Shown piece after piece: positions 1-13,452 of a stretch of 64,000 bases of DNA. A program made the position numbers and the translations under genes. Source of the stretch: an uncultured Alphaproteobacteria bacterium (GTDB lineage Bacteria; Pseudomonadota; Alphaproteobacteria; Sphingomonadales; Sphingomonadaceae). The first letter of the stretch is position 1; every line of letters starts with the position of its first letter. Location: contig OW818656.1 in assembly GCA_942492965.1 (NCBI GenBank), positions 1,998,360-2,062,359 of the forward strand. The letters are read 5' to 3'. The notes below the pieces were generated by a model. The model saw nothing but the letters and a program-made list of their open reading frames with translations. It was not told the origin of the DNA and ran no database searches.

Positions 1-1
1 G

Positions 2-2062
<2,061 letters not shown>

Positions 2063-2128
2063 CGCCGGGTTCAGTGCAGGCGCGCGCCCGCCGCGTTCGT
2101 GGGCGCGCCATCACCTTCGGAGAGCGTG

Positions 2129-3475
2129 ATGTCTGATGCCACGCCTCGCAAAGCTGCGGCGCTTGAGAGGCTGCGCGCCCGCACGCGGGGTTCGGCGGCG
2201 ATGCGCCCGCGCGCCGAGCGCCTGCTCGCGCTCGAGGCCGTCCCCACCTTCGCGATGCCGGTGCCGCTCTACATCGAAAGCGGCGAAGGGGCGTGGATGA
2301 CGGACGTGGACGGCAACGCCTATCTCGATCTCGCGATGGGCTTCGGGTCGCTCATCCTCGGCCATCGCCCGCCCGAGGTCGTGGCCGCGATGCACAGCCA
2401 GATCGACAAGGGCTGGCACACGATTCTGCCGGGCGCCGCGCAGATCGAACTTGCTGAGCTGCTCGCGGAGGCGGTGCCGTGCGCGGAGAAAGTCGCCTTC
2501 CAGAATTCAGGTACGGAAGCCACGATGTTCGCGATGCGGCTCGCACGCGCGTTCACGGGCAAGGATCGCGTCGCAGTGTTCGGCGGCGGCTATCACGGCA
2601 CGCACGATTATGCGCTGATACAGGAAGACCCGACGACGCCCGAAGCGGCGCCGGGCACCAAGACGATCGGCGGCGGCATTCCCGGCGCGGTACGCGACCA
2701 GACGATGCTCGCGCTGCCCTATCGAAACGCCGCCGCGTTCGATCTGATCCGCAAGCACCGCGATGCGCTGGCGCTGGTCGTGATCCAGCCCGTTCAGAAC
2801 ACCGTGCCGCATCTCGACAACGGCGCTTACTTACGCGAACTCAGGGCCGTGTGCGACGAGGCGGGCGTGCTCCTGATGTTCGACGAGGTGGTGACGGGTT
2901 TCCGCATCGCCTACGGCGGCGGGCAGGTTTACTACGGCGTCACGCCCGATCTCGCGGCGTTCGGCAAGATCATCGGCGGCGGCACGGCGGTGGGCGCAGT
3001 CTGCGGCCGCGCCGATATTCTGGGGCTGCTCGCCAGGGGCGGCCCGGCGGGCGTTTTCGCGGGCGGAACCTTCAACGGCAATCCGCTCACGATGAGCGCG
3101 GGTGCGGCAACGCTGCGTGCGCTGAAGGCGCGCAAGGAGACGCTCTACCCTGCGCTGGAGGCGCGCGGCGCGCGCCTGGCGGGGGCGGTTGCCGCGCACT
3201 GCGAAAAGCACGAAATGGATGTAACGCTGATGCACGCCGCGTCGATCCAGTGCTTTCATTTCCGCAAAGGCCCGATCCGTTCGTTCCGCGAAACCTACCC
3301 GAGCAACCGCGCCGCCGAAGAGGCGTTCTACGCGCTCGTGCTCGATCGCGGCGTGCTGCTGCCGAGCTTCCACGTCTACTTCCTTTCCGCCGCGCATGAC
3401 GACGCGATGATCGACCGCGCGACCGGCGTCTTCATCGAGGCGCTCGACGATTGTCGCGCCGACGGGCTGCTCTGA
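2129..3475 (+). CDS. Class-III PLP aminotransferase (glutamate-1-semialdehyde aminomutase-like)
   Basis: GGGYHGTHD, FDEVVTGFR and FGKIIGGG motifs. ATG 2129 lies 6 nt after GGAG. The ORF-track start at 2099 is an upstream alternative. Confidence 0.85.
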   Translation: MSDATPRKAAALERLRARTRGSAAMRPRAERLLALEAVPTFAMPVPLYIESGEGAWMTDVDGNAYLDLAMGFGSLILGHRPPEVVAAMHSQIDKGWHTILPGAAQIELAELLAEAVPCAEKVAFQNSGTEATMFAMRLARAFTGKDRVAVFGGGYHGTHDYALIQEDPTTPEAAPGTKTIGGGIPGAVRDQTMLALPYRNAAAFDLIRKHRDALALVVIQPVQNTVPHLDNGAYLRELRAVCDEAGVLLMFDEVVTGFRIAYGGGQVYYGVTPDLAAFGKIIGGGTAVGAVCGRADILGLLARGGPAGVFAGGTFNGNPLTMSAGAATLRALKARKETLYPALEARGARLAGAVAAHCEKHEMDVTLMHAASIQCFHFRKGPIRSFRETYPSNRAAEEAFYALVLDRGVLLPSFHVYFLSAAHDDAMIDRATGVFIEALDDCRADGLL

Positions 3476-5013
3476 TGGAGAGCAACGCCCCGTTGGCCTG
3501 GGATCTGCTGGACGCGCAGGCGAGAACGCATGCCGACAAGGATTTTCTGCGCTTCCACAGCGGGCGTGTCAGCTACGCGGCGTTTCGCACGCTTGCCGAA
3601 ACGACGGCCGGTCGGCTGCACGCTGCCGGTGTCCGCCCCGGCGACATCGTGCCGACCTTATTTCCGAACGGGATCACCGCCGCCGCGACATGGTTCGCGC
3701 TCATGCGGCTGGGGGCAGTGTGGGCGCCGATCAACACGGAGTTTCGCGGCGCGCAGCTTGTCGCCGCGCTGAACGCCACGGGCGCGCGGCTGATCCTCGT
3801 CGATCCGGCTTATGTCGATTTGATCACGGGCATTCTCCCCGAAGTTCCCGCTGTCGGGGATGTGGTCGTTTCCGGCGTACCGACACACGATGTCGGTGCC
3901 GTGCGCTTTCGCACGCTTGAAGATATTCCGTCGGCGCCCGCACCCCGCGCCGAGGTGGAGCGCACGGCGATCGCCATGATCCAGTTCACGTCGGGCTCGA
4001 CGGGCGTATCGAAGCCCGTGCAACTCAGTCACGGCTATCTCGTCGGACAGGCGCGGCTCACCTCGCGCTACTTCGATCTGAAGGAAAGCGACGTCGTTTA
4101 CTGCCCGTTCCCGCTCTATCATTGGGACGCGACCATCGGCACGGTGATGGGATCGCTTGTCATGGGCGCGACGGCGGCGCTCGGCGAACGCTTCAGCGTT
4201 TCGCGCTTCTGGGATGATATCCGGGCCTTCGACGCCACCATGTTCGATTTCATGGGCTCGACGCTCACCTTCCTCTATCAGCGCCCGCCTGATCCGCGCG
4301 ACCGCGACCATCGCGTGCGCCTTGCGTGGGGGCTCCCGATGCCCGAATTCCGCGCGGATTTCGAAGCGCGCTTCGGCTTCCCGCTCTACGAGGGCTATGG
4401 CAGCACCGAAGGCGGCGTTTGCGTCTTCCAGAGCATCGGCGAAACCTATCCCAAGGGCAGCTGCGGGCGGGTCGCCCCGGAGTTCGAATTGCGATTGCTC
4501 GATGATGCGGGAAATCCGGTGCCCACCGGCGCGGTCGGCGAGATCGTCACGCGGCCCCGCGATCCCACGCTGATGTTCAGCGGCTATCTCGGTATGCCGG
4601 AAGTGAACGCGGAACTGATCCGTGATGGCTGGTACTACACCGGGGATCTCGGGAAACTCGATGCGGCGGGCAATCTCTATTTCGCGGGGCGGAAGAAGGA
4701 TATCATTCGCCGCCGCGGCGAAAACATGTCGGCCCTCGAGATCGAGCGCGGCATCGAAACGCATCCTGCGGTGTTCGAAGCGGCGGCGTTCGGCGTGCCG
4801 AGCCCCGCAACCGAGGAGGATGTCGCCGTCGCGGTCGTGCTTCGCCCCGGCGCGGCGCTCACGGATGGCGCGCTGCGCGCCTACTGCGAAGGCCGCATGG
4901 CGCGTTACATGGTGCCGGAGCACGTCGTCTTTCTAGATGCGCTGCCGAAGACGCCGACCGAAAAGATCGACAAGCCCGCGCTGAAACGCCTGTTTGCGGA
5001 AACACGCGGATGA
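3475..5013 (+). CDS. AMP-dependent synthetase/ligase (acyl-CoA synthetase family)
   Basis: IQFTSGSTGVSKPV, YGSTEGG, YYTGDLG and GRKKDIIRRRGENMS motifs. The ATG overlaps the upstream stop (TGATG). Confidence 0.85.
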   Translation: MESNAPLAWDLLDAQARTHADKDFLRFHSGRVSYAAFRTLAETTAGRLHAAGVRPGDIVPTLFPNGITAAATWFALMRLGAVWAPINTEFRGAQLVAALNATGARLILVDPAYVDLITGILPEVPAVGDVVVSGVPTHDVGAVRFRTLEDIPSAPAPRAEVERTAIAMIQFTSGSTGVSKPVQLSHGYLVGQARLTSRYFDLKESDVVYCPFPLYHWDATIGTVMGSLVMGATAALGERFSVSRFWDDIRAFDATMFDFMGSTLTFLYQRPPDPRDRDHRVRLAWGLPMPEFRADFEARFGFPLYEGYGSTEGGVCVFQSIGETYPKGSCGRVAPEFELRLLDDAGNPVPTGAVGEIVTRPRDPTLMFSGYLGMPEVNAELIRDGWYYTGDLGKLDAAGNLYFAGRKKDIIRRRGENMSALEIERGIETHPAVFEAAAFGVPSPATEEDVAVAVVLRPGAALTDGALRAYCEGRMARYMVPEHVVFLDALPKTPTEKIDKPALKRLFAETRG

Positions 5014-6370
5014 GCGCGCCCGGCCTTCGCCGCACGCTCACGCCCATGCAGCTGGCGGCGATCGGCATGGGCACGACGATCGGCGTCGGCTGGATCGTCG
5101 TCACCGGCGGCTGGATCGCGCGCGCGGGCCCGCTTGGCGCTGCGCTCGCGTTCCTCATCGGCGGCGCGGTGATGGGCCTCGTCGCGCTTTGCTATGCCGA
5201 GGCCGCCGTGCGCGCGCCGGAAGCGAACGGAGAGTACGGCTACGTTTCGATGGCGTTCGAGCGCGGCTGGGGCTTCGTCGTCGGCTGGAGCGCGCTTCTC
5301 GGCTACGTCGGCATTTGCGGCTTCGAAGGGCTGGCGCTGGCGTGGCTGCTTGGGGTGCTTATGCCGGATTTCACCGGGCCGACGCTCTACACGTCGGTCG
5401 GCGTGCCGGTGCGCCTGCTCGATCTTGCCGTCATCATCGGCGGCGCGTTGTTCTTCACCGCGATCAACCATTTCGGCGCGCGCGAATCGGCGCGGGTGCA
5501 GGTGGCGGTCACGGTCGGCAAGGTGTTGCTCAGCTTCGGCTTCGTCGCGATCGGTTTCGGTGGCGGCGCACCCGCCAATCTTGATCCCGCGTTCCTGCCC
5601 GCGGAAACGCCGTGGCAGGGCGTGCTCGCCGTGCTCGTTATGGTGCCGGCGTGGTTCTGCGGCTTCAACGCGCTGCCGCAGGCGCTGGGCGAGGCGCGGG
5701 AACGCCCGGCGGCACGCGCGCTCGCCGCTTTGCTCGGCATGGTGATCCTGCTCACCACGCTCTTCTACGTCTCGGTCATCACCGCGACAGCCTTCGCTGC
5801 GCCGCGCGGCGTGCTTGACGGCGCGGAGCTTCCGGTCGTGGCGGCGATGGAGGCGGTGGCAGGCCCGTGGGGCGGCCGTATCGTGCTCGTCGCGGGTGTC
5901 GTCGCGTTGCTCAGCGCTTGGAACGCGGCGATGTTCGCGGCCTCGCGGCTGCTCTACGCGCTCGCGCGGGACGGCGCGCTGCCCGCAGCGCTCGCGCGCG
6001 TGCATCCGAAGAACGGCACGCCGTCGATCGCCGTGGTGTTCGTGGGCGTGATCGCGCTCCTTGGTGGCCTCATGGGCCGGGCGTTTATCGAGCCGCTGGT
6101 GCAGATCGGCGCGATGGGATTCGCGGTCGCCTTCATCGGCGCCTGCCTGTCGAGCCTTGCGCTTCGGCGCGGCGCAGGCGGCAGCCGCTTTCCGGTTTTC
6201 GCGGCATGGGTGGGGGCGCTCGCGCTCGGAGGTGTCGCCACCTATTCGGCGTGGACGATCCTTGCGAACGTGGGCGAACGCCTGCCCGAAGCTGCGGCGC
6301 TGGCGCTTTGGGCAGGTCTCGGCGGGGCGATGTGGGCATTCGCGCGCGCGCGGAAGGAAAGGGGATTCTG

Positions 6371-6371
<1 letters not shown>
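5010..6371 (+). CDS. APC-superfamily amino-acid permease
   Basis: Polytopic hydrophobic protein with an APC-like N-terminus (LTPMQLAAIGMGTTIGVGW). ATGA overlap with the ligase stop. Confidence 0.8.
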
Positions 6372-9186
<2,815 letters not shown>

Positions 9187-9204
9187 GACGCAGCTCGGTG
9201 CCGT

Positions 9205-10254
9205 TCAGGCGGCGTGCGCGGCAGCCTTGGGGGCAGCGGCGGCTTCGAGTTCGTCCTCGCCCACCACGCGGTTGCGGCCGGTCGCCTTCGCCCGGTAGAG
9301 CGCCATGTCGGCGCGCTCGACAAGTGTGTCGACCGTGTCGTTCCAGCGCAGCTGCGAGATGCCGAGCGACAAGGTGATGCGCCCCACTTCCTTGTTGCTG
9401 TTCTTGGCGCGGACGCTGCGCGACGAGATGTAGTCGCGGATCTGCTCGCAGATGTCGTGCGCGGCCTGCAGCGTCTTGCCCGGCAGCACGATCACAAATT
9501 CTTCGCCGCCGAAGCGCGCGGGGTAGCCGACGCCATGCGAAAGCTGCTCGAGGCTCTGGCCGACAAGGCGCAGCACCTCGTCGCCCATGCGGTGGCCCCA
9601 GGTGTCGTTGAACTGCTTGAAGTGGTCGATGTCGCAGAAGGCGACGCAGAGCGGCTTGCGGTCGGCGAGCGCCCGGCCCGCCTGCGCTTCGAGGTATGAG
9701 GTGAACGCCTTGCGATTCGAAAGACCGGTCAGCGGATCGGTGCGGCTTTCGGTGCGCGCCGTTTCCAGATCCTGCTTCAGGATGTTGATCTCCTGGCCAG
9801 AGATCGCGAGTTGGGCTTCCAGCCGCTCGGTCTTGTCGATCATCGCGCCGGTGGCGGAGACGAGGTCGGCGAGCAGTGCGCGCTGTGTGTCGATGTCGGC
9901 GGCGGCGTTGATGCTGTCCGAGCTTTCACGCAGCGTACGGCTGTAATCCTTGGCGTCGCCGCCGGTTTCCTCGACGAAGTGCGCCATGCGCTTCAACTGC
10001 GTCTGCGTCTGATCGATGAGCGTGCTGAGGTCGGACGGCATCGAGGCGCCGTAGAGTTCGCGGCGGATGTTGTGCATCGCGCGTGTCGAAACACGGCCGA
10101 CCGTCTGCATCACCGCGTCCACGGCAACGCGCAGCTCGGGATCGGAACCCGTGACGTAGCGATACCAGAATTCGTAGTTCGCGGGCGTGGGCGAAATCCC
10201 TCCAGCCTCCATGTGCTGTCGGATATCCTCGAAAATCTGGCCCGAATCTGTCAT
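9205..10254 (-). CDS. Diguanylate cyclase (GGDEF domain, coiled-coil N-terminus)
   Basis: C-terminal RFGGEEFVIVLPG and DIDHFKQFNDTWGH motifs. Confidence 0.85.
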   Translation of the reverse strand: MTDSGQIFEDIRQHMEAGGISPTPANYEFWYRYVTGSDPELRVAVDAVMQTVGRVSTRAMHNIRRELYGASMPSDLSTLIDQTQTQLKRMAHFVEETGGDAKDYSRTLRESSDSINAAADIDTQRALLADLVSATGAMIDKTERLEAQLAISGQEINILKQDLETARTESRTDPLTGLSNRKAFTSYLEAQAGRALADRKPLCVAFCDIDHFKQFNDTWGHRMGDEVLRLVGQSLEQLSHGVGYPARFGGEEFVIVLPGKTLQAAHDICEQIRDYISSRSVRAKNSNKEVGRITLSLGISQLRWNDTVDTLVERADMALYRAKATGRNRVVGEDELEAAAAPKAAAHAA

Positions 10255-10393
10255 TTATCGCCCGCCGAGTGTCCCCTGAGACCTTGTCTGCGGCTTTCCG
10301 TGCCCGTTTCGGCACACGGAAACACCACTGACCGGCCCATTCGTCGGAACCTATGGCAGGCTCTGGTTAAAATTTCCGAAAAGTAAGACGAAA

Positions 10394-11878
10394 TCAGCCG
10401 CGTGCGGATACGGAAAGGAAGTCGGGGAGAGGGCCATTCCAGCCGCCATCGTCCGTCTCTTCCTCGCGGGCCGGACGCGGAGCCGTCCGGGGCGCTGCCT
10501 GGGGCGCCGTCTGAGGCTCTTGCAGGGGTGCCGGTTCTGCGCGCGCCGCTTCGGGTGGCCGTTCGCCGCCCCTGGCGCGTTTTCCGCCCCGCGCGCGGCT
10601 GCTTGCCGGGCGGGCGTCCTTGCCCGCATCCTGGCCTGCGTCCGTGCCCTTGTCTGCACGCTTGTCGGCGCTTTTGTCTGCGACAGCGGCCTGCTGCGGC
10701 ACCGCACCGCGGCGTTCGACGCGGGCGCCGATCAGCTTCTCGATGTCGGCGATGAGTTCGGCGTCGGCAGGCGTGACAAGCGTGACCGCAATGCCGGTCT
10801 TGCCGGCGCGGCCGGTGCGCCCGATGCGGTGCACATAGTCCTCGGCGTTGAACGGCACGTCGAAGTTGAAGATGTGGCTGACGCCCTTGATGTCGAGGCC
10901 TCGGGCCGCGACGTCGGAGGCGACGAGGATCGAGATGCGGTCCGCCTTGAAGTCCTCCAGCGTCGACAGGCGGTCGCGCTGCTCCATGTCGCCGTGAATC
11001 TGCCCCGCGCGGAAGCCGTCGCGCTTCAGCGACTCGACCAGTTCCTTCACGTCGCGCTTGCGATTGCAGAAGACGATCGCGCTCGTCACCTCGTCGGCGC
11101 GCAGCAGTTCGCGCAGCGCCTGCTTCTTCTCGCGCGCGCCGGTCATCAGCAGCGACTGCGCGATGTTGGCGTTGGTGCTCGATTGCCGTTCCACCTCGAT
11201 CATGCGCGGGTCGTTCAGGAATCGGTCGGCGAGTTTCTTGATGGGCGGCGCCATGGTGGCGGAGAACAGCAGACTCTGCCGGTTCGGGCCGAGCAGCGAG
11301 CAGATGCGCTCCACATCGGGAATGAAGCCCATGTCGAGCATCCGGTCGGCCTCGTCGATGACGAGAATGTCGACGCCCGACAGCAGGATCTTGCCGCGCT
11401 CGAACTGGTCGAGCAGGCGGCCGGGGGTCGCGATCAGCACGTCGACGCCCTTTTCCAGCGCCTTGTCCTGATCGCCGAAGCCGACGCCGCCGATCAGCAG
11501 CGCCATCGAAAGATTGTGGTTCTTGCCGTATTTCAGGAAGTTCTGCGCCACCTGATCGGCAAGTTCGCGCGTCGGCGCGATGATCAGCGAACGTGGCATC
11601 CGGGCGCGGCCGCGGCCGTGGGCAAGGATGTCGATCATCGGCAGCACGAAAGAGGCGGTCTTGCCGGTGCCGGTCTGCGCAACGCCGATGATGTCGCGGC
11701 CCATCAGAACAAGCGGAATCGCTTGCCGCTGAATGGCGGTAGGCTCGGTGTAGCCGCTGTCTTCAACAGCCGCGAGAAGCTCGTCCGAAAGGCCGAGGGC
11801 GTGAAAGCTCAAATTCAATGACCTTGTGCAGGCGTTAACAGAATGCCTTGCGCCGCGCTTTTGGCGCTTCCCCGCCAA
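10394..11878 (-). CDS. rhlE: DEAD-box ATP-dependent RNA helicase (RhlE-like) with a basic Ala/Pro-rich tail
   Basis: AQTGTGKT, VIDEADRMLDMGF, SAT and HRIGRTGRAG motifs. The true start may be a TTG at 11818 or 11812 (..LNLSFHALGL). Confidence 0.9.
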   Translation of the reverse strand: MAGKRQKRGARHSVNACTRSLNLSFHALGLSDELLAAVEDSGYTEPTAIQRQAIPLVLMGRDIIGVAQTGTGKTASFVLPMIDILAHGRGRARMPRSLIIAPTRELADQVAQNFLKYGKNHNLSMALLIGGVGFGDQDKALEKGVDVLIATPGRLLDQFERGKILLSGVDILVIDEADRMLDMGFIPDVERICSLLGPNRQSLLFSATMAPPIKKLADRFLNDPRMIEVERQSSTNANIAQSLLMTGAREKKQALRELLRADEVTSAIVFCNRKRDVKELVESLKRDGFRAGQIHGDMEQRDRLSTLEDFKADRISILVASDVAARGLDIKGVSHIFNFDVPFNAEDYVHRIGRTGRAGKTGIAVTLVTPADAELIADIEKLIGARVERRGAVPQQAAVADKSADKRADKGTDAGQDAGKDARPASSRARGGKRARGGERPPEAARAEPAPLQEPQTAPQAAPRTAPRPAREEETDDGGWNGPLPDFLSVSARG

Positions 11879-11921
11879 ATGTCAAGAAAACTGCGCGACG
11901 CAGCGACAACGGGCCGCGCTC

Positions 11922-13343
11922 TCAGCGGACGATCTGCACCCGGTCGCGGCCGCTCGACTTGGCAAGATACATCGCCGCGTCGGCGGCTTTCAGCACGTCT
12001 GCGGGCACTCGCCCTCGCGCCAGCGCCGCCACGCCGACGCTGATCGTCACCGGCACGACGCCCTCGGGCATGTCGTCCGTGTCGGAGCAGGCTTTGCGCA
12101 GCGCCTCGCACAGGCCTGCCGCCTGATCGAGGCTGCGGCCGGGCATCAGCACCGCGAATTCCTCGCCGCCGAGCCGCCCGACCAGGCCATGGCGCCCGAC
12201 GATGGCCATCGCAAGCGCGCCGACATGACGCAGCACGGCATCACCGACGTCGTGGCCGAAGCGGTCGTTCACGGACTTGAAGTGATCGACATCGAACAGC
12301 GCAACCGAAAAGGTGGTGCCGTTGGCGTCGGCAGCCTCGCCGGCGGCTTCGAGCCGGGCGAGGAACATGCGGCGGGATGCGGTTCCGGTCAGCTCGTCGG
12401 TGGAAGCTTGCCGCTCCGCGATCGCGGCGAGCGCATCGCGCTCGTCGAGCACCGAAGCGACGGGAAGCGCGGGCAGGAAGGCGACCGCGAGGAAGAACTG
12501 GAAGAAGTAGATTCGGTCCGCAAGGTCGCCGGGCATCAGCGCGATCGGCCCGGAGCCGATGGTGGTGAAGTAGGAGCCGATGCACGCGACCGTGACGATC
12601 GCGACCGTGGCGCCTGCCGAGCGCAGGCGGAAGGTCGTCAGCAGCATCGGCGGCAGCAGCAGGAACAGCATCGGCCAGCGCGTCTGCGCGAAGACGAGGA
12701 CGCTGAGGCCCGTCACGAGCGCGAACAGCGCCACGGCTTCCACCGCGCTGCGGCCCTGCAGGAACGAGCGTTTCCCCGACCAGATCGCGAAGACGATCAG
12801 CAGGATGGGCGTCACCAGCAGTAGCCCGAGCGTGTCGGAGGCGAACCACGACAGCCAACTGCGCCCCATCGCCTCGTCCACAGCCGCCGACATGAACGGT
12901 GCGCTGAGCGATGCCGAAAAGGCGGCGGCGACGATCGATGAGCCGATGAACTTCAGCAGATGGTCAGGATGCTCGAGTTGTAGCGGTCCGCCGATCAGGC
13001 GCCTGGTGAGGAGGGCGGCGAGGGCGGCTTCGGCGATGTTGAGCGCGGCGAAGGGCGCGGCGGCGAAGGCGGGGTAGCCGCCCAGAAGATTGGCCGCGAA
13101 CCCCGCGATCCAGACCGAAATGACGTAGGGAAGCCAGCGCCGTGTCGGCACGACGAGCAGTGCGGCGAGCACCAGCGCGTTCGCCGCCCATACCGTCGCC
13201 ATGCCGACAGACCAGCCCGTCAGGCGGATGTTGATGAGCGCGACGACGAAATGCGCAAGGCCGATGACGAGCGGGCCCGTGGTGAACGGACCCTTCGCCC
13301 GCACCGCGCGCTTCTCGGTCATGTAGAAGCCTTGATTCAGCAT
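11922..13343 (-). CDS. Membrane-integral sensor diguanylate cyclase
   Basis: About 290 aa of multi-TM N-terminus followed by a GGDEF domain (DVDHFKSVNDRFGH, LGGEEFAVLMPG). Confidence 0.8.
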   Translation of the reverse strand: MLNQGFYMTEKRAVRAKGPFTTGPLVIGLAHFVVALINIRLTGWSVGMATVWAANALVLAALLVVPTRRWLPYVISVWIAGFAANLLGGYPAFAAAPFAALNIAEAALAALLTRRLIGGPLQLEHPDHLLKFIGSSIVAAAFSASLSAPFMSAAVDEAMGRSWLSWFASDTLGLLLVTPILLIVFAIWSGKRSFLQGRSAVEAVALFALVTGLSVLVFAQTRWPMLFLLLPPMLLTTFRLRSAGATVAIVTVACIGSYFTTIGSGPIALMPGDLADRIYFFQFFLAVAFLPALPVASVLDERDALAAIAERQASTDELTGTASRRMFLARLEAAGEAADANGTTFSVALFDVDHFKSVNDRFGHDVGDAVLRHVGALAMAIVGRHGLVGRLGGEEFAVLMPGRSLDQAAGLCEALRKACSDTDDMPEGVVPVTISVGVAALARGRVPADVLKAADAAMYLAKSSGRDRVQIVR

Positions 13344-13396
13344 GAGTCCCCGCCCGTTTAGGGCGCGATATAGCGCGGAACCTGAATTTAGCCTTT

Positions 13397-13433
13397 ACAA
13401 AAAATGCAGGCGGAACCGAAGTCCCGCCTGCAT
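13397..13433 (-). terminator. Rho-independent terminator of the TonB-dependent receptor gene
   Basis: On the minus strand, TGCAGGCGG-loop-CCGCCTGCA is followed by TTTTTTG. It lies 20 nt after the stop at 13453. Confidence 0.7.
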
Positions 13434-13452
13434 TCCTGTGTGAACCTCTATC

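Noticed and set aside
10295-10322. Hairpin TTTCCGTGCC-CGTTTC-GGCACACGGAAA between the helicase stop and the cyclase start, considered as a terminator.
   Set aside because: The stem has a bulge, and no U-run follows it on the transcribed (minus) strand. It is not convincing as an intrinsic terminator.
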